Shown in pieces: positions 1 to 13,299 of a DNA stretch of 64,000 nucleotides. The DNA is taken from contig NC_043004.1 in assembly GCF_006345805.1 (NCBI RefSeq), positions 39,742,001 to 39,806,000 of the forward strand. Direction: 5' to 3'. Positions within the stretch are counted from its first letter, which is position 1. The number at the start of each line of letters is the position of its first letter. The notes under the pieces were generated by a model. That model was not told where the DNA came from, made no database searches, and saw only the letters and a program-made list of their open reading frames with translations. This DNA comes from Octopus sinensis (Eukaryota). The translations under genes were made by a program, and so were the position numbers.

Positions 1-674
1 ACGTGTGTGTGCGCGTGCGTGCGTGTGTGTGTGTCTGTGTGTGCGCGCGCGAGTGTGTGTGTGCGTGCGCGTGTGTGTGTGCGTGTGTGTGTGTGTGTGT
101 GTGTGCGTGTGTGTGCGCGAGTGTGTGTGTGTGTGTGTGTGTGTGCGCGTGCGTGTGTGTGTGTGTTCATAATTATTTTTATATTCTACTCTTTAGGGCT
201 TCAGAATGAGATCTTGGTTTAGAGTACACAGTTCAAACTGCCTAAAGTTTGTATAATGGAAAGCTCTTTAATTACTGTCTTCAAGTATCTCTTTGCAGAA
301 GGAGACCATAAAGTTTAGGTAGGGCAGGTTTTAAGAAAAAGAGGATTAAAGTCGCAAGGTTGACTACGCGGTTAGACAGCATTATTCTCTGATCTCTCTT
401 GTTAACTGCAACGCTAAGAGGAGATTTATCTGCGGTTGAGTGTTATGTACCTGCATATATTTAAGTGGTTATTACAGTCATCTCACTTTGTTTCTTGCTA
501 TCTTTCTTTTTCTTTCTTTCTGTATTTCCTTCTTACCCTATATCTCTATCACTTTCTACATGTTTTTCTTACTGGTATCATTGTTTTTTTTTAAATTTAT
601 TTTTACATAATTTCTTTCTTCTTTTTGTTTTGTTCATCTTTGCGTTTTACATTCTTTCAATGTTTATAAGTATG

Positions 675-708
<34 letters not shown>

Positions 709-837
709 TGTATGTATGTATGTATGTATGTATGTATGTATGTATCTACCTATCTACCTATCTCTCAACCTCTCGATCTATCTATCCACCTTTTTATTTA
801 CCTACATATCTACCTACATATCTATCTATCTATCTAT

Positions 838-1061
838 ATTTCTGTGATAACGATCCCCATTGATAAATTTTTTTTTCTTTTCCCCTTTTTTTTCCTCTTC
901 CCCCTTTTTAAAAATTTTATTCCCCCCTTTTTTGTCCTCTTTCTTTCCCTTTACGATCCCTTTTGATCGAAAACCAAACCCCCTCTTTTTACCCCCAAAA
1001 GAAAAGCTCTACCTTGTAATCTGTCCTGTCTGTGTGCAGCCCTGTGTGGCTAATAAAGAAA
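838..1061 (+). mobile_element. 5'-truncated copy (3' UTR only) of the Tx1-clade LINE at 1909-8000
   Basis: Matches LINE 7765-8000 (tttctgtgataacgatcc...aaagaaaagctctaccttgtaat...gcagccctgtgtggctaataaagaaa); flanked on both sides by TATC/TACC repeats. Confidence 0.9.
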
Positions 1062-1443
1062 CATATCTACTTACTTACCTATCTATCTTCTTTTATATAT
1101 GTATATAGATAGATAGATAGATAGATATGTGAGTGTATGTGTATATATGTATACGTAAACATATACTTGTGTGTGTGTTTGTGCTTGACCTCCCTCTACC
1201 GCATGTCAAACTGGTTTATGTCCACCTGAAGTAGCAGTTCGACAAAAGACATCCGATAGAATGAGTACCAGACTTAAAACGAAAAAATAAATCAATAAAT
1301 AAAAATACATGGACTACTTGAGTCGGTTTATTCGACTAAAGACTTTAACAGAACTGCCCCAGCATGGCTGCAGTCCAATGAGTGAAACAAATAAAAGATA
1401 AAAGTTATACACAGAGACGCGTACATAAATACATTTACACAGT

Positions 1444-1512
<69 letters not shown>

Positions 1513-1547
1513 TTATCTATCTATCCATCTATCTATCTATCTACCTA

Positions 1548-1578
<31 letters not shown>

Positions 1579-1630
1579 GCCTGTCCATCTATCTGTCTGT
1601 CTGTCCATCTGTCTATCTATCTGACTGCCA

Positions 1631-1676
<46 letters not shown>

Positions 1677-2120
1677 TATCTATCTGTCTGTCTCTAACAC
1701 TATGTATCTCTCTATCTCACTTTCTATCTATCTGTCTGTCTATCTGTCTGTCTATCTACCTATCTATCTATCTATCTATCTAACTGTATGTCTGTCTCTA
1801 ACACTATGTATCTATCTATCTCACGTTATATCTATCTATCTATTTATGCATCTATCTCTAACACTCTAAATCTATCTCTTACTTTCTGTCTATCTCTATC
1901 TATCTATCACAATGGACGGACGCTAGTCATATCGGCTCCAAGTAAGTTGGCCACTTTTACATGTTTAAAACTCCTTGTTGTCAAATATTTTGTTTTAATC
2001 GTTGTGCAAATTCATTCACTAAAAAACCTGAGAATTATTCACGTAGAATTCCGCCCCTGTATGGGCGAAATTACAAAAAAACTTTCAAAACTTTCGTGGG
2101 TTTTTTAGCCATTTTTCATT

Positions 2121-4135
2121 TTGAAAATGGCAACTAGAAACCACGTGGCTAGCCCGCCAGTCATGCAGAACGGTAGCAAAACACTATTGCTACCACTAGC
2201 TGCTAAACATCGCAGCGTGAACACCGCTGTCACCACCATCACCACCACCAACAACAACAACAACAACAAATCTAACGTCGCATTCACCATCGCCGCGACC
2301 AAAGACATTAACTTAGATTTCCCCTCACTCCCCACACCACTTGTTGATGATAAAGGGACAGAGAAAGGGATTTCAAAAATGAATACAAACGAAAACATGA
2401 ATGCCAGCACCACCACCATCACCACCAACAACAACAACAACGAAATTGGCACAAAGCCGCCTACCAAAGACAACACCGCCAACACCAACACCACTACTAC
2501 GACGTCAAATGCTACATCCAAGCCTTCTGCTGCTAATACCGCCAACACCAACACCACTACCATGACTTCAATTAACACTGCCACAATTAACACTTCTACT
2601 GCCAAATTCAAAACGAATTTTGCGGACGTAACAAAACAAAAAAGAACAATTGTAACATTCACCACACAAGAGATAAACCGCACAAAGGCACTCTTCTCCA
2701 AAGAAGGAGACAAATTGCACCTTCATATTCCACAACACATCGTGGAAAACACGCAAAAAAAAAACAATAATTTATAAAGTAATAAACAAAAAAACAAGAA
2801 GAACAGAAAATGCACCGCAGGAAAAAATCGATAAATGCCTTCGTCCTGTATGGGACTCCAAGGAATATATCAGTTGGGGAAACAAATTTGGTACAGTCCA
2901 AGTACGTTTCCTCAACGAAAGTTTAGCAAAACGTTTTTCCACATTGGAGCTACATTCGGACGACTTGGTAATGATACCAGTCTATTTAAACAAAAGGGTC
3001 ACGAAAGTCCAAATAAAAAACATACCATTTGATGTCGAAACACAATGGGTGGTCTCTGCCATCTGCTTTGAAATGTCAGAGACAATGTCAGAGACAAACA
3101 TCCTGGAAATCGCGGTTCTAGGAGAGAAAGACTATGTGGGCAAATCAATCGAATTCCTGCTTCAATTGGATGAAGCAGCAAGAGAGAAGATACCCACCGC
3201 TATAGAACTGCCAGGAGGCTACAAACTCTATATAGTGGTAGAGGGCAGGCGACCACGCTGCTATTTGTGTGGAAGCGAAACACACTTGAAAAAGACGTGC
3301 CCAACCACTGCACACCAAGAGCAACAACAACAACCACTACCACAACCAAAGCACTCCGGAAAAAAAGCTCTACTACCCACACCACCATCAACACAGAAGA
3401 CGACAAGAGAAGCACACCAAGCTAATCCGTCATCAACCAAAAACCACTCGACACCTGGAAAAATACCAACACTACCATCAACAGCAAAACCCAAAGGAAC
3501 AGAAAAACAAAGAAAACACACACAAACTGATCCCCCATCCCTTATACCGCACTCACACACACAAACACTCAACAACCAACAACAACGAAAACAACAACAC
3601 AACCACTTACACAGACATACATAGAAGCCCACAACATACCCCTACCCCTTCTGATTCCTCAGAAATTTCGTCGGAAGACGACGAAACCAGTGAGGAATGG
3701 CAAATAGCTACAAAAAGAAGGAAAATAAAGAGCAGAAACACAACCAAACCAAATGCAAACACGAACAAAGCAGGGGGAAATACATCTCCCGAAGACATTT
3801 CAAAACCCAACGCAAACAACAGCCACACCAACACCACAAAAACATATACAGCAAACATGCTCACAGCCATAGACACCAAAAACACAAATTTGATGGAATA
3901 CATCCAATCAAAAACAAACATAACAGAAGATGACATAAAAACAAACAACCACCCATACACAACACCACCAGACCACATCAAAATAATACACATCTCCAAA
4001 AGTCTGCACCACACACTCAAAGGCATTTTCCCCAGTGCGGTTGGTAAATGCCAAAAATATCTCACAAAGAAACTGTACTGGGATCTTCTCGAGGACAAAA
4101 CAACGGAGGAGAAAGCAAAAACTTTCGAGCAGTAA
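2121..4135 (+). pseudogene. LINE ORF1 (gag-like RNA-binding protein), broken by two frameshifts near 2760 and 3590
   Basis: Pieces 2121-2777, about 2776-3624 and about 3590-4135 join; CX2CX4HX4C knuckle CYLCGSETHLKKTC preceded by VTKVQIKNIPF (RRM-like); frameshifts fall in A/CAA runs. Confidence 0.8.
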
Positions 4136-4166
4136 GTAACCCTCTGTATTCTAATTCATTAGAACT

Positions 4167-7100
4167 ATGATCAAGATTGGTTGTGTAAATGCGCGTGGCT
4201 TGGGGTCCCCTTGGAAACAAGGGTACCTCTTAAATGACATAAAGTCACATAAGTTAGAAATCATAGCCATAAGCGAGACCAGACTCCACAATCCGCGGGC
4301 CCTAAAGACCATGTTTGGCGGACAGTTCAACATTTATTTTTCCCCCTGTCTGCCGAGAATGGGCGGTAGTGGCACCGCGGTACTTTTTCACAAGAGTCTG
4401 GATCTCAATGTAAGGACAATATTCGTAGACCCGGAGGGTAGACTGGTCGTCCTGGATGTCGACGGCAGCAATGGGTGCGCTTTTCGGCTCGTATCAGTTT
4501 ACGCACCGCCCTTAACAGGTCGGGCGGATTTCTTTCAGCGTCTAGAAGTTTTCTTGGGAACGTCTCGTCCTTTACTCTTAGTGGGGGATTGGAATGCTAC
4601 CTTGGACACGCATGTAGACTACGTGGGTAGAGATAGGAATAGACGGGGATGCAAAAGCCTCAGAGACCTGCTCAGACGCTTTCAACTGTCTGACAGGTTT
4701 CGACTAGACCACCCGAATGCGCCAACGTGGACATGGAGCAACCGCATCGGGTCGTCGAGATCGTATCTAGATAGGATACTGTGTAGGACAGTAGATAGAG
4801 ATAGCATAGGATGTCCACAATTCCACATAGTCAGCTACACGGATCACAAACTTGTGACATGTACGCTAGACTTAGGTAAGACACTTAGGCAGGGTCCCGG
4901 ATACTGGAAACTAAACGCGTCTTTCCCATCGAGACAAGTTTTCAGAGACCGGATTAGCACACTAGTAAAGAGGGCTTTGACGGGAGCCATCATCAACAAC
5001 AAATGGTGGTTTGCCCTCAAGAGAGCAGTAAAAGCAGAAGCGATTAGGTACAGCAAAGCACTAGCCATAGATAGAAATAGAGTAGAGGGTGAGCTAGTTA
5101 AGAAGCTAGAAGAGGCAATTAGAAGCGGCATCGCATCCGACGTTTTGGCGGCGAGGTTGGCCCTCGACCAACACTTCAACGCCAAACACGAAGGATGTGC
5201 TGTCAGAGCTAGGATGCGTGCTCTAAGGAACGAAGGTGTTGGAGCCGCGAGAGAGGCCCGGGTGGCAGAGGCGCAACAGGGCAACAAAGCCACCATTCGG
5301 TCACTGGTAGATGAACAGGGGCGCGAATTGCTCGAGCCAAGTAAAATGTGTGAGGCCTTTCAGCAGCATTTTGCCCGACTGTTCGGAACGAGTGGAGGGC
5401 AAGAACGTAGGGTGGACTTCAGTGCCTACCTACATAGCCTACCACGACTCTCGACAAGAAAGGCAGGGTGCTGCGAAGGTGCCATCACGGCGGCGGAAGT
5501 GCGGGAAGCGATGGCAGAATGCTCGAGGGACAAATCACCGGGTTTGGATGGTCTACCCTACGAGCTTTACAATTGTATGCCAGACTTGTTTGGAGATCTC
5601 TGGCGGCGGTGTACTGCAACTGGCAGCAAAACGGGAGCATTCCTGGTTTTGTGAGCCGAGGAGCCGTAACACTGCTGAAGAAAGATCTAAACAAGGGAAA
5701 TGTAATAGATAACTTTAGGCCCATCACTCTGCTTAATGCAGACTTGAAAATTTTGGCCAAGGTGCTAGCCAAGAGGTTGGCGCTTGTCATCGAGAAACTG
5801 GTCGACAAGGCGCAAACATGCGCCGTGCCAGGCCGGACCATCCATGACAACCTCCATCTGATGCGCTACATCATAGACAGGGTAGTTAACGAACCTGGCA
5901 TGGGTGGGGCCCTGATCAACTTGGATCAATCAAAAGCCTTTGATAGGGTAGACCATCGATACTGGAGGCAGTCCTGAGAGCGGCTGGTTTCGGTCCCGTC
6001 TTCCGCGGCTGGATAGCTGCCTTGTACAGAGGCATCCGTTCGGTAATTCGCGTAAATGGACATCTATCGAGACCTTTCGACATTGCACGTTCGGTCCGTC
6101 AGGGATGCCCCCTCTCGGCGCTTCTATACGTATTGACTCTTGAGCCACTACTGCGGAAGCTGGCGACTCTAAGGGGCATCCCGCGAGAATTGGGATGCGG
6201 GACGAGCGTGTCTGCATACGCGGACGACGTCACCGTCATAGTGTCTAGCCACGAGCACATCGAGCTGGTCGGCGAGACACTGAAAAACTACGAAGCGGTG
6301 ACAGGAGCGAAAATCAACCGGGAAAAGTCAGTGGGCTTGCGACTAGGCACCTGGAGAAGCAAGCCCATGCCGTCCACCAGCGCCTCCGTCGTGGGACGCT
6401 GGACCGACGGCCCGGTTGAGTTGCTCGGGGTCTGGTTTGGTCCGGACCTCCAAGTGGAGAAGAACTGGAACGAGATAACGAGTAGGGTGGTCACTCTCGC
6501 CCGGCAATGGGCCGAGAGGAAACTGTCCCTAAAAGGTCGAGCGGAGGTGGCGAACACGTACATCGCGTCCGTCATCTACTACCGCCTGACCGTCGTACCT
6601 TGTCCGACCCTACCATCACCAAACTACAACGCATCCTCTTTCGCTTCTTGTGGAAAGGATGCGTCCCGATGGTCAGGCGATCCATTTGCTGTCAACACCC
6701 GTTAAAAGGAGGGCTGGGCATGCCGTGGTTGATGATGCGCAGACACGCGCTGAGACTGCGACATCTCTGGCTCTATGTAGACGACGGTGAACAGGTGTGG
6801 TCGCCGTTTGTGAGGCACGCTTTCCCGCAGCTCGTCTCCATGACCGAACTGCAGTCGTGGATCAAAAAGAGGCCGAGGAAGGGCGAATGGCACCGCGAGT
6901 GTCGCGTTGCTCTCAAGCAACTCTGCCGTCCTGGGTCGACCTTAAGTGACTTCAACACAACCAAAGCATTCTATAGGGGTTTAGTGGAGGGGAGGTACGA
7001 CGACGAGCTCGGGGCGAACCTGGACGTCGACGAGGAGTACCTGACCCGCCTGTTCGGGACGACTTTCAGGCCAGGGCCCATGGACAACTTCCAGAGATCC

Positions 7101-7601
7101 CTGGCCTGGCAGTGCTACCGAGAAGCGCTACCCGTTCGGGATAAGCTCTACAGACACGGCTCGAGAAACACGGGGCCGACCTGCCCGAGATGCGGTCAGA
7201 GCGACGAAACCGTTCTGCACGCACTCGTTCAGTGTCCAACAATTTCCGACCTGTGGGCTTATGTCGAACAACTGCTGTCACGTGTGGGACGAGTCGGTTT
7301 ATCAGCTGAGTCTATCGTCAATATTGTCACGCCTCCTTCCTTCAAACGGGAAGGAAGAGCTATTTTCATCATCCTTGTGGCTATGGCGAAAGAATGTATC
7401 TGGTGGACGCGTCTGAAAGGATTGGAGACAAACACTTTCCTCTCTGGTCAATCTCTCATCAACTTCTTCAAGTACCACTTGAAAAGGAAAGTGAGAGTAG
7501 AGAGGCAAGTTTTGTCTAGCGAATGTTTTAAAAAAAGATGGGTGAATGTAGCAAGAATGGCACGTATGAATGACGAAGCCACCTTGAGCATAGTCCTATG
7601 A
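4167..7601 (+). pseudogene. LINE ORF2: APE endonuclease, reverse transcriptase and C-terminal CCHC zinc finger; three single-base frameshifts (about 5600, 5965, 6605)
   Basis: APE motifs NARGL, SETR, GDWN, SYTDHKLV; RT motifs KSPGLDGLP, FRPITLLNADLKILAK, LDQSKAFDRV, QGCPLS, YADD; CPRCGQSDETVLHALVQC. Confidence 0.93.
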
Positions 7602-7892
7602 ACCCAGAAATCGAAAACAGAGAGTTGCTTATTTGCAAAAAAAAAGAAAAAAAAAAAGAAATATAAAATGTGACTTCATTGACCGAGGTTACCGTGGTCT
7701 TTTCCGCAGGCTTTTCTTTCACGGGTAAACCTCACCTGTCCTCCCCTTTACACTTCATATTGACATTTCTGTGATAACGATCCCTATTGATCATTTTTTC
7801 GTCTCCCCCCCCCTTTTTTTTTTTTTTTAACCCCCCTTATTTTTGTCCTCTTTCTCTCCTTTTACGATCCCTTTTGATCGAACCTCCCCCTT

Positions 7893-7930
<38 letters not shown>

Positions 7931-8499
7931 CCTTCAAAAGAAAAGCTCTACCTTGTAATTTGTTCTATCTGTGTGCAGCCCTGTGTGGCTAATAAAGAAA
8001 CATATCTTACTAGTAATCTAGCTATCTACCTATTTTATTTTCGCTTATTTTCGCTTACTTTATATTCTTGTCAATGTGTCATGCATTATGCATTAGTTTG
8101 TGATTTTCTTTTAACGCGCAAATAGGAAATGCCAACATTTGAAACCAATATGAACAGCTGAAGTAACAGCAGCAGTAGTATTAGTAGTAGTAGTTGTTGT
8201 TGTTGTAGTTGTAGTAGTAGTTGATGTTTTTCAAATATGCATGTGTTTACAAATAAAGGTGAAGAAGAAATTGAGTGAAGATTTGATGATAGACATGCAA
8301 CTGACTCGCTGCTTTCAAAAAACACAGCTGAGACACGAATGTGTGTGTGTGTTTGTGTGCGTGGGTGTGTGTATGTGCGCACGGGCGCTTGTGTGTGAAT
8401 ATATGAGCATATGTGAGTGCTTATATGTATGCATATAAATATATAGATAGATAGATAGGTAGGTAGGTAGGTAGGTAGGTAGGTAGGTAGATAGATAAG

Positions 8500-8712
8500 T
8501 TTCTTTATTGGCCACACAGGGCTGCACACAGATGGGACAAGTTATAAGGTAGAGCTTTTCTTTTGGGGGAGAAAAAAAAAGGTGGCGTAGGTTTTCGATC
8601 AAAAGGATCGTAAAAGGGGAAAAAGAACAAAAAAAAAAGAAAAAAAGGAAAAGAAAAAAGGGAAAAGGAACAAAAGAAAAGAAAAATGAAAAAAGAAGAA
8701 AAAAGGGGAAGA
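8500..8712 (-). mobile_element. Second 5'-truncated 3' UTR copy of the Tx1 LINE, inverted
   Basis: Reverse complement reads tttacgatccttttgatcgaa...aaagaaaagctctaccttataac...gcagccctgtgtggccaataaagaaa; flanked by TATC/TACC repeats on both sides. Confidence 0.88.
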
Positions 8713-9052
8713 GATAGATAGATAGATAGGTAGGTAGGTAGGTAGTTAGGTAGGTAGGTAGATGTGTGTATGTGTGTGTGTGCGTGTGTTTGTGAAATCC
8801 AAAATTAGGGACTATAGTAAATGAAATCCAGGCTCTATGTTTCATAGCAGAACCGCAGAAATAGTAATTAATCCAAACAAGGGGTAATCCGTTTGTTACA
8901 CACCGAGTCAAAGATACCTTAATCTAAAGAATCTCCTGCTAGCCTACATGGGATCCCCCGACGAAAATCTTTTGATGCGCCATTAGAAGCAGCAGCATCT
9001 TGAGGTGTTCCTTGAGAAGTCTAACAATTATTCTCTCTCTCCTCCTCTCTTT

Positions 9053-9086
<34 letters not shown>

Positions 9087-9101
9087 CATATATATATATA
9101 C

Positions 9102-9171
<70 letters not shown>

Positions 9172-9173
<2 letters not shown>

Positions 9174-9389
9174 AGAAAAAAGCAACAAAAATGGATCAAT
9201 ATTTCGGTACAATTGTTTCGTACGAAGACCAGCTTTATTAAGGCTGCAAATATTGCAGCAAATACAAGTGACCCGTACTCATCAGCCGAAAAAACATCTG
9301 AGTTCTCCAAACATCTAAGGGGGTGAGGCTACACTCCTGAAACATCAGGGATAGTTCTATAAAAATCAGATTTAGATAATAAACGGACT
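9172..9389 (-). mobile_element. Short (TA)n-flanked Penelope-like or retrozyme-like element
   Basis: About 220 bp of unique sequence between TA tracts, containing a hammerhead ribozyme; no ORF. The class assignment is inferred from the ribozyme architecture. Confidence 0.6.
9202..9291 (-). ncRNA. Type I hammerhead ribozyme
   Basis: Minus strand: UUUCGG (stem I) CUGAUGA GUACG..CGUAC (stem II) GAAA, palindromic stem III ACAAUUGU, cleavage triplet GUA, CCGAAA (stem I). All core nucleotides are canonical. Confidence 0.85.
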
Positions 9390-10303
9390 TATATATATAC
9401 ACACACACACACATACTGCATGTTTACAAAATAAGAAGGTGCGTAGCGTTACATTAAATAATATATTTGTAAAAATATACAAGTACGAACAAACAAAACA
9501 AATGGAAATTACACACATAGAATGTCACTAAATCCTCTTCAGTTATTGTCGAAAGGATCGTTGCAATTGCACATGATATTGCTACGGTTCTTTATCGACA
9601 TGCAATGTAATTTCCGTTTGTTCTGTTAGTTAGTATTTGTATATTTTTCGAATATATATATATAGTTACCTAGAAATTGTTAAAAACTGCCGTTCAAACC
9701 GAAATTACCCCAAAATACATATTAAGGACAGGACATCACCAGCGAGTTGAAAGCTCGAAACGGGTAGTAAGAAACAGTCGACAACTGATGAAGAATTAGA
9801 CTTCCTTTGGTAGTTTGTCCTGTACTTATCTGTCGTGTGTTTACATATTTTTCACTCGCTGATGATGTCCTGTACTTAATGAGTATTTTTAATTATTTAT
9901 AATTGAACTGCACGCAGCCTTTGTCAACAGTGTGCGTGTGTGTGTATGTATGTGTGTGTGTGTGTGCAAATGCAAATATCTATAAATACACGTATATTTG
10001 TGTTTGCGTTCGTGTGGTCGGGTAATCAGTGTTCTTAAGGACACTAATGATGGGGAAGAATCTATGTTGCGTCCGTCACTATGCTCAGCAAAAGTGCAAT
10101 GTGTAAACAATGCGAAAGTGCACAAAAACACAAATACACACACTCACACACAACCATATACACATGCACAAAGGATTCGGAGGTGAAGCCATGTAAATTC
10201 TGACACATGTCACTTTCGTATACCATCTTCTGAACTTGCAACATTCACCTAAGATGGTCTGTTCTTGACAGTACGTGTGTTTACTTAGTATCCTGTATAT
10301 TAT

Positions 10304-10345
<42 letters not shown>

Positions 10346-11201
10346 ATACATATAATTAGATGTCGAAGAGAAATCGATGAAGTGTACAGAAGCGAAGAAA
10401 AGGTGAGAAGCGAAGTAAGACATATATTTATATACACGCTGAAAGACAGACAGACAGACAGACAAACAGATAGGAAGAATGAGAGAGAGATGAAGAGAAG
10501 TGAGAAAAGCAAAATTTGTAATATCTATTTGTGTATGTCTGTGTGTCCGTGTAATTAAGCTCACACACAGATATATTTATGTGTGTGGGCGGCGTGTATA
10601 CGTGTGTGGGCGTGTTTGCGCAAGAAGAATAGTCAAGATATCACATTTACTAATGCTGGTTTCAAATTTGGGGACAAGGAAGGAGGAAGTCGCTTAAATC
10701 GACTCTAGGTTCTCATTTTATCGACTACAAAAAGGTTGAAAGGCAAAGCCAACCGCACCGGAATTTGAATTCAAAACATAAAAACAGACGAAATGACGGT
10801 AAGCATTTTGTTCGGCGCGATAACGATTCTGCCGGCTTCCCAGGCTTCGCAGTTATTAATATTAATTAATATATGTAAAGTGAGCAGTTACAGAATGACA
10901 GGTGTATACAAACGAAGAGGGGAAATAACAGGCAGAACATCTCTGATGTTTATTTCGCCTAAAGGTCTGAATAACATGACGACACGTCTGTGGATAAAGG
11001 GCTGCATCTTTTTAGTGAAAGCGATTTTGTCAGTTAGTCAGATGACTTTATTTTGGATGCTATCTAGAAATTTGCTTCGTGTAGTAGTATATATAAGGTA
11101 TGTTTAAGAGATAGAAAGATATTGTAGGTATGTATATGTATTTCACATTATATGTGTCCATGTGTGTGTGCGTGTGTGTGCGTGCGTGGATAGACAGACA
11201 C

Positions 11202-11248
<47 letters not shown>

Positions 11249-11279
11249 TTGCCGGCAGCCAGGAAATATTGCATGATTT

Positions 11280-11338
<59 letters not shown>

Positions 11339-11448
11339 GTGGTGATGATGATGAAAACGGAATAGATTTCTTTATTTACTTGTAAGGGTAAAACATACAA
11401 TACATACGTAACAGCTCTTTACAGAAGCTGGGGTAGCATACAAAACAT

Positions 11449-11517
<69 letters not shown>

Positions 11518-11849
11518 TCAGCAGCAGTAGAACACCCAAATATGTCAGCAGTGTTATTCCTTTGTTGGTCACACTTGAGCTCTACAGACCTTATAGCAAT
11601 TGACAGACAAAAGCTTAAGCATTTTCCTGATGTCATCAGGTGGGTGTTTTTATCAATGGTTTGGTTGCGAGGTCGCTGCTACAAGACGTAATCAAAGATT
11701 GTGAAATCAATTAATTATCGCCATGTTGAGGATCGTAATTATGTGTTATCATGCTATCTTAGATTAGTGAGAGAAGGCTACGATACTGGTTCCATGAAAT
11801 GTATGTATATGTATAAAATAAAAGCAACCGAAGCAGTATTAAAATATTA

Positions 11850-12060
11850 ATCCTTTCTACTATAGGCACAAGGCCTGAAATTTGGCAAAGAGAGAGAGCT
11901 AGTCGATTACATCGACACCCAATGTTTCACTGGTACTTAATTTATCGACCCCGAAAGGATGAAAAGCAAAGTCGACCTCGGGAGAATTTGAACTCAGAAC
12001 GTAAAGACGGACGAGATATCGCTAAGTATTTTGCCCGAGGCGCTAACGATTCTGCCAGCT
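11850..12060 (-). mobile_element. SINE family A (tRNA-like head, conserved gtcgactttgcctttcatcctttcggggtcgat core), tail type A2
   Basis: Reverse complement of the family consensus; A2 tail aaatttcaggccttgtgcctatagtagaaagg. Confidence 0.85.
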
Positions 12061-12698
12061 TTTTTTACCAAAAGTTAATATTTATCCCCACTTAAAAGTG
12101 GATGTTGTATAAGAACACCGAATACTGCATTATGTATCATGAGAGAACCGCTCATGTGGATTATTACGGTGCATATAAGCCACTCACTCGGCCCATTGAT
12201 CGGTTGGGAAAAATTGAACGACAGAGGATGACTGATATTAAGCAAAGGACAGTCAATAAAACATTAGTGTTTGTAATTGAGTCAACAGAAACGGAAACAT
12301 TTGAATTATTTTCAGGTCAAATATCCTACAAATATTATGTAGAAATTTGATATAGGCCACTTCCTCACAAGGTCAGCTTAAAGCTTTAATATTTGATCAT
12401 TTGTACTATAACGCATAGTGGGGGAATTGCATTAGAAAATAGGTGAATGAAAAATCAACAGTAACAATATTCTGATGAGAAGGTTGAAAAAAGCTCTGGA
12501 TATCAGAGTTAGTTATATATATAAAAGGATAAAATCTATATAAGAATTGATCAAGTAGCCAGCATAAAAACCAATTTAGAAAAATATTAATACGAAGTAT
12601 ATAATTTTTCCTTTAAATATAAACACATCATTAATTATTTAAGGGTTATTACTATAATTAAGGCGCATGGCTCTTACTATAATTAAGGCGCATGTGAA

Positions 12699-13029
12699 GG
12701 CGCATGGCTCAGTGGTTAGAGCGTCGAGCTTACGATCGTGAGGTTGTGAGCTCGAATCCCGGATCGGGCTGCGTGTTGTGTTCTTGAGCAAGGCACTTTA
12801 TTTCACGTTGCTCCAGTTCTGTAGAAATGAGTTGCGACGTCACTGGTGCCAAGCTGTATCGGCCTTTGTCTTTCCCTTGGATAACACTGGTGGCGTGGAG
12901 AGGGGAGGCTGGTATGCATGGGCGACTGCTGGTCTTCCATAAACAACCGTGCCCGGACTTGTGTCTAGGAGGGTAACTTTCTAGGTGCAATCCCATGGTC
13001 AGTCATGACCGAAGGGGGGTCTTTACCCT
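12699..13029 (+). mobile_element. SINE family C (tRNA-derived head), tail type C1, 13-bp TSD
   Basis: A box tggctcagtgg, B box-like gctcgaatcc, core gtgttcttgagcaaggcactt; TSD ttactataattaa at 12674-12686 and 13030-13042. Confidence 0.85.
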
Positions 13030-13090
13030 TTACTATAATTAAACGCCTCACGCTGTAATGGGGCTCTAAAGTCAAACTACTTCAACAAAT

Positions 13091-13131
<41 letters not shown>

Positions 13132-13299
13132 ATTGTGACTAAGCTAGTAGCAAAATCATTTAATATGTATGTCACCATGGTTTTGAATTATTTTGCTTTT
13201 TTTATAATGATATTATCTACTCATTTATCAATTACAAAATTCGCTAGAAACGGCCGTAATGGATTGACACCTACCCTTCACTTGTTACTTATTTATTTT

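Larger units (their letters stand above)
1909..8000 (+). mobile_element. Near full-length non-LTR retrotransposon, L1 group, Tx1 clade (5' UTR, ORF1, ORF2, pyrimidine-rich 3' UTR)
   Basis: Two-ORF layout; ORF1 zinc knuckle; ORF2 APE-RT-CCHC; begins right after a (TATC)n array; ends AATAAAGAAA with no poly(A). Confidence 0.9.

Noticed and set aside
9720-9885. 32-bp inverted repeat with scattered CTGATGA and CGAAAC motifs
   Set aside because: The motifs do not assemble into a paired hammerhead; probably a decayed Penelope-like remnant but not demonstrable
12699-12770. tRNA-like sequences at SINE C heads (also 18555 and 35725)
   Set aside because: The acceptor stem does not close, the anticodon loop differs among copies, and each continues into a SINE body
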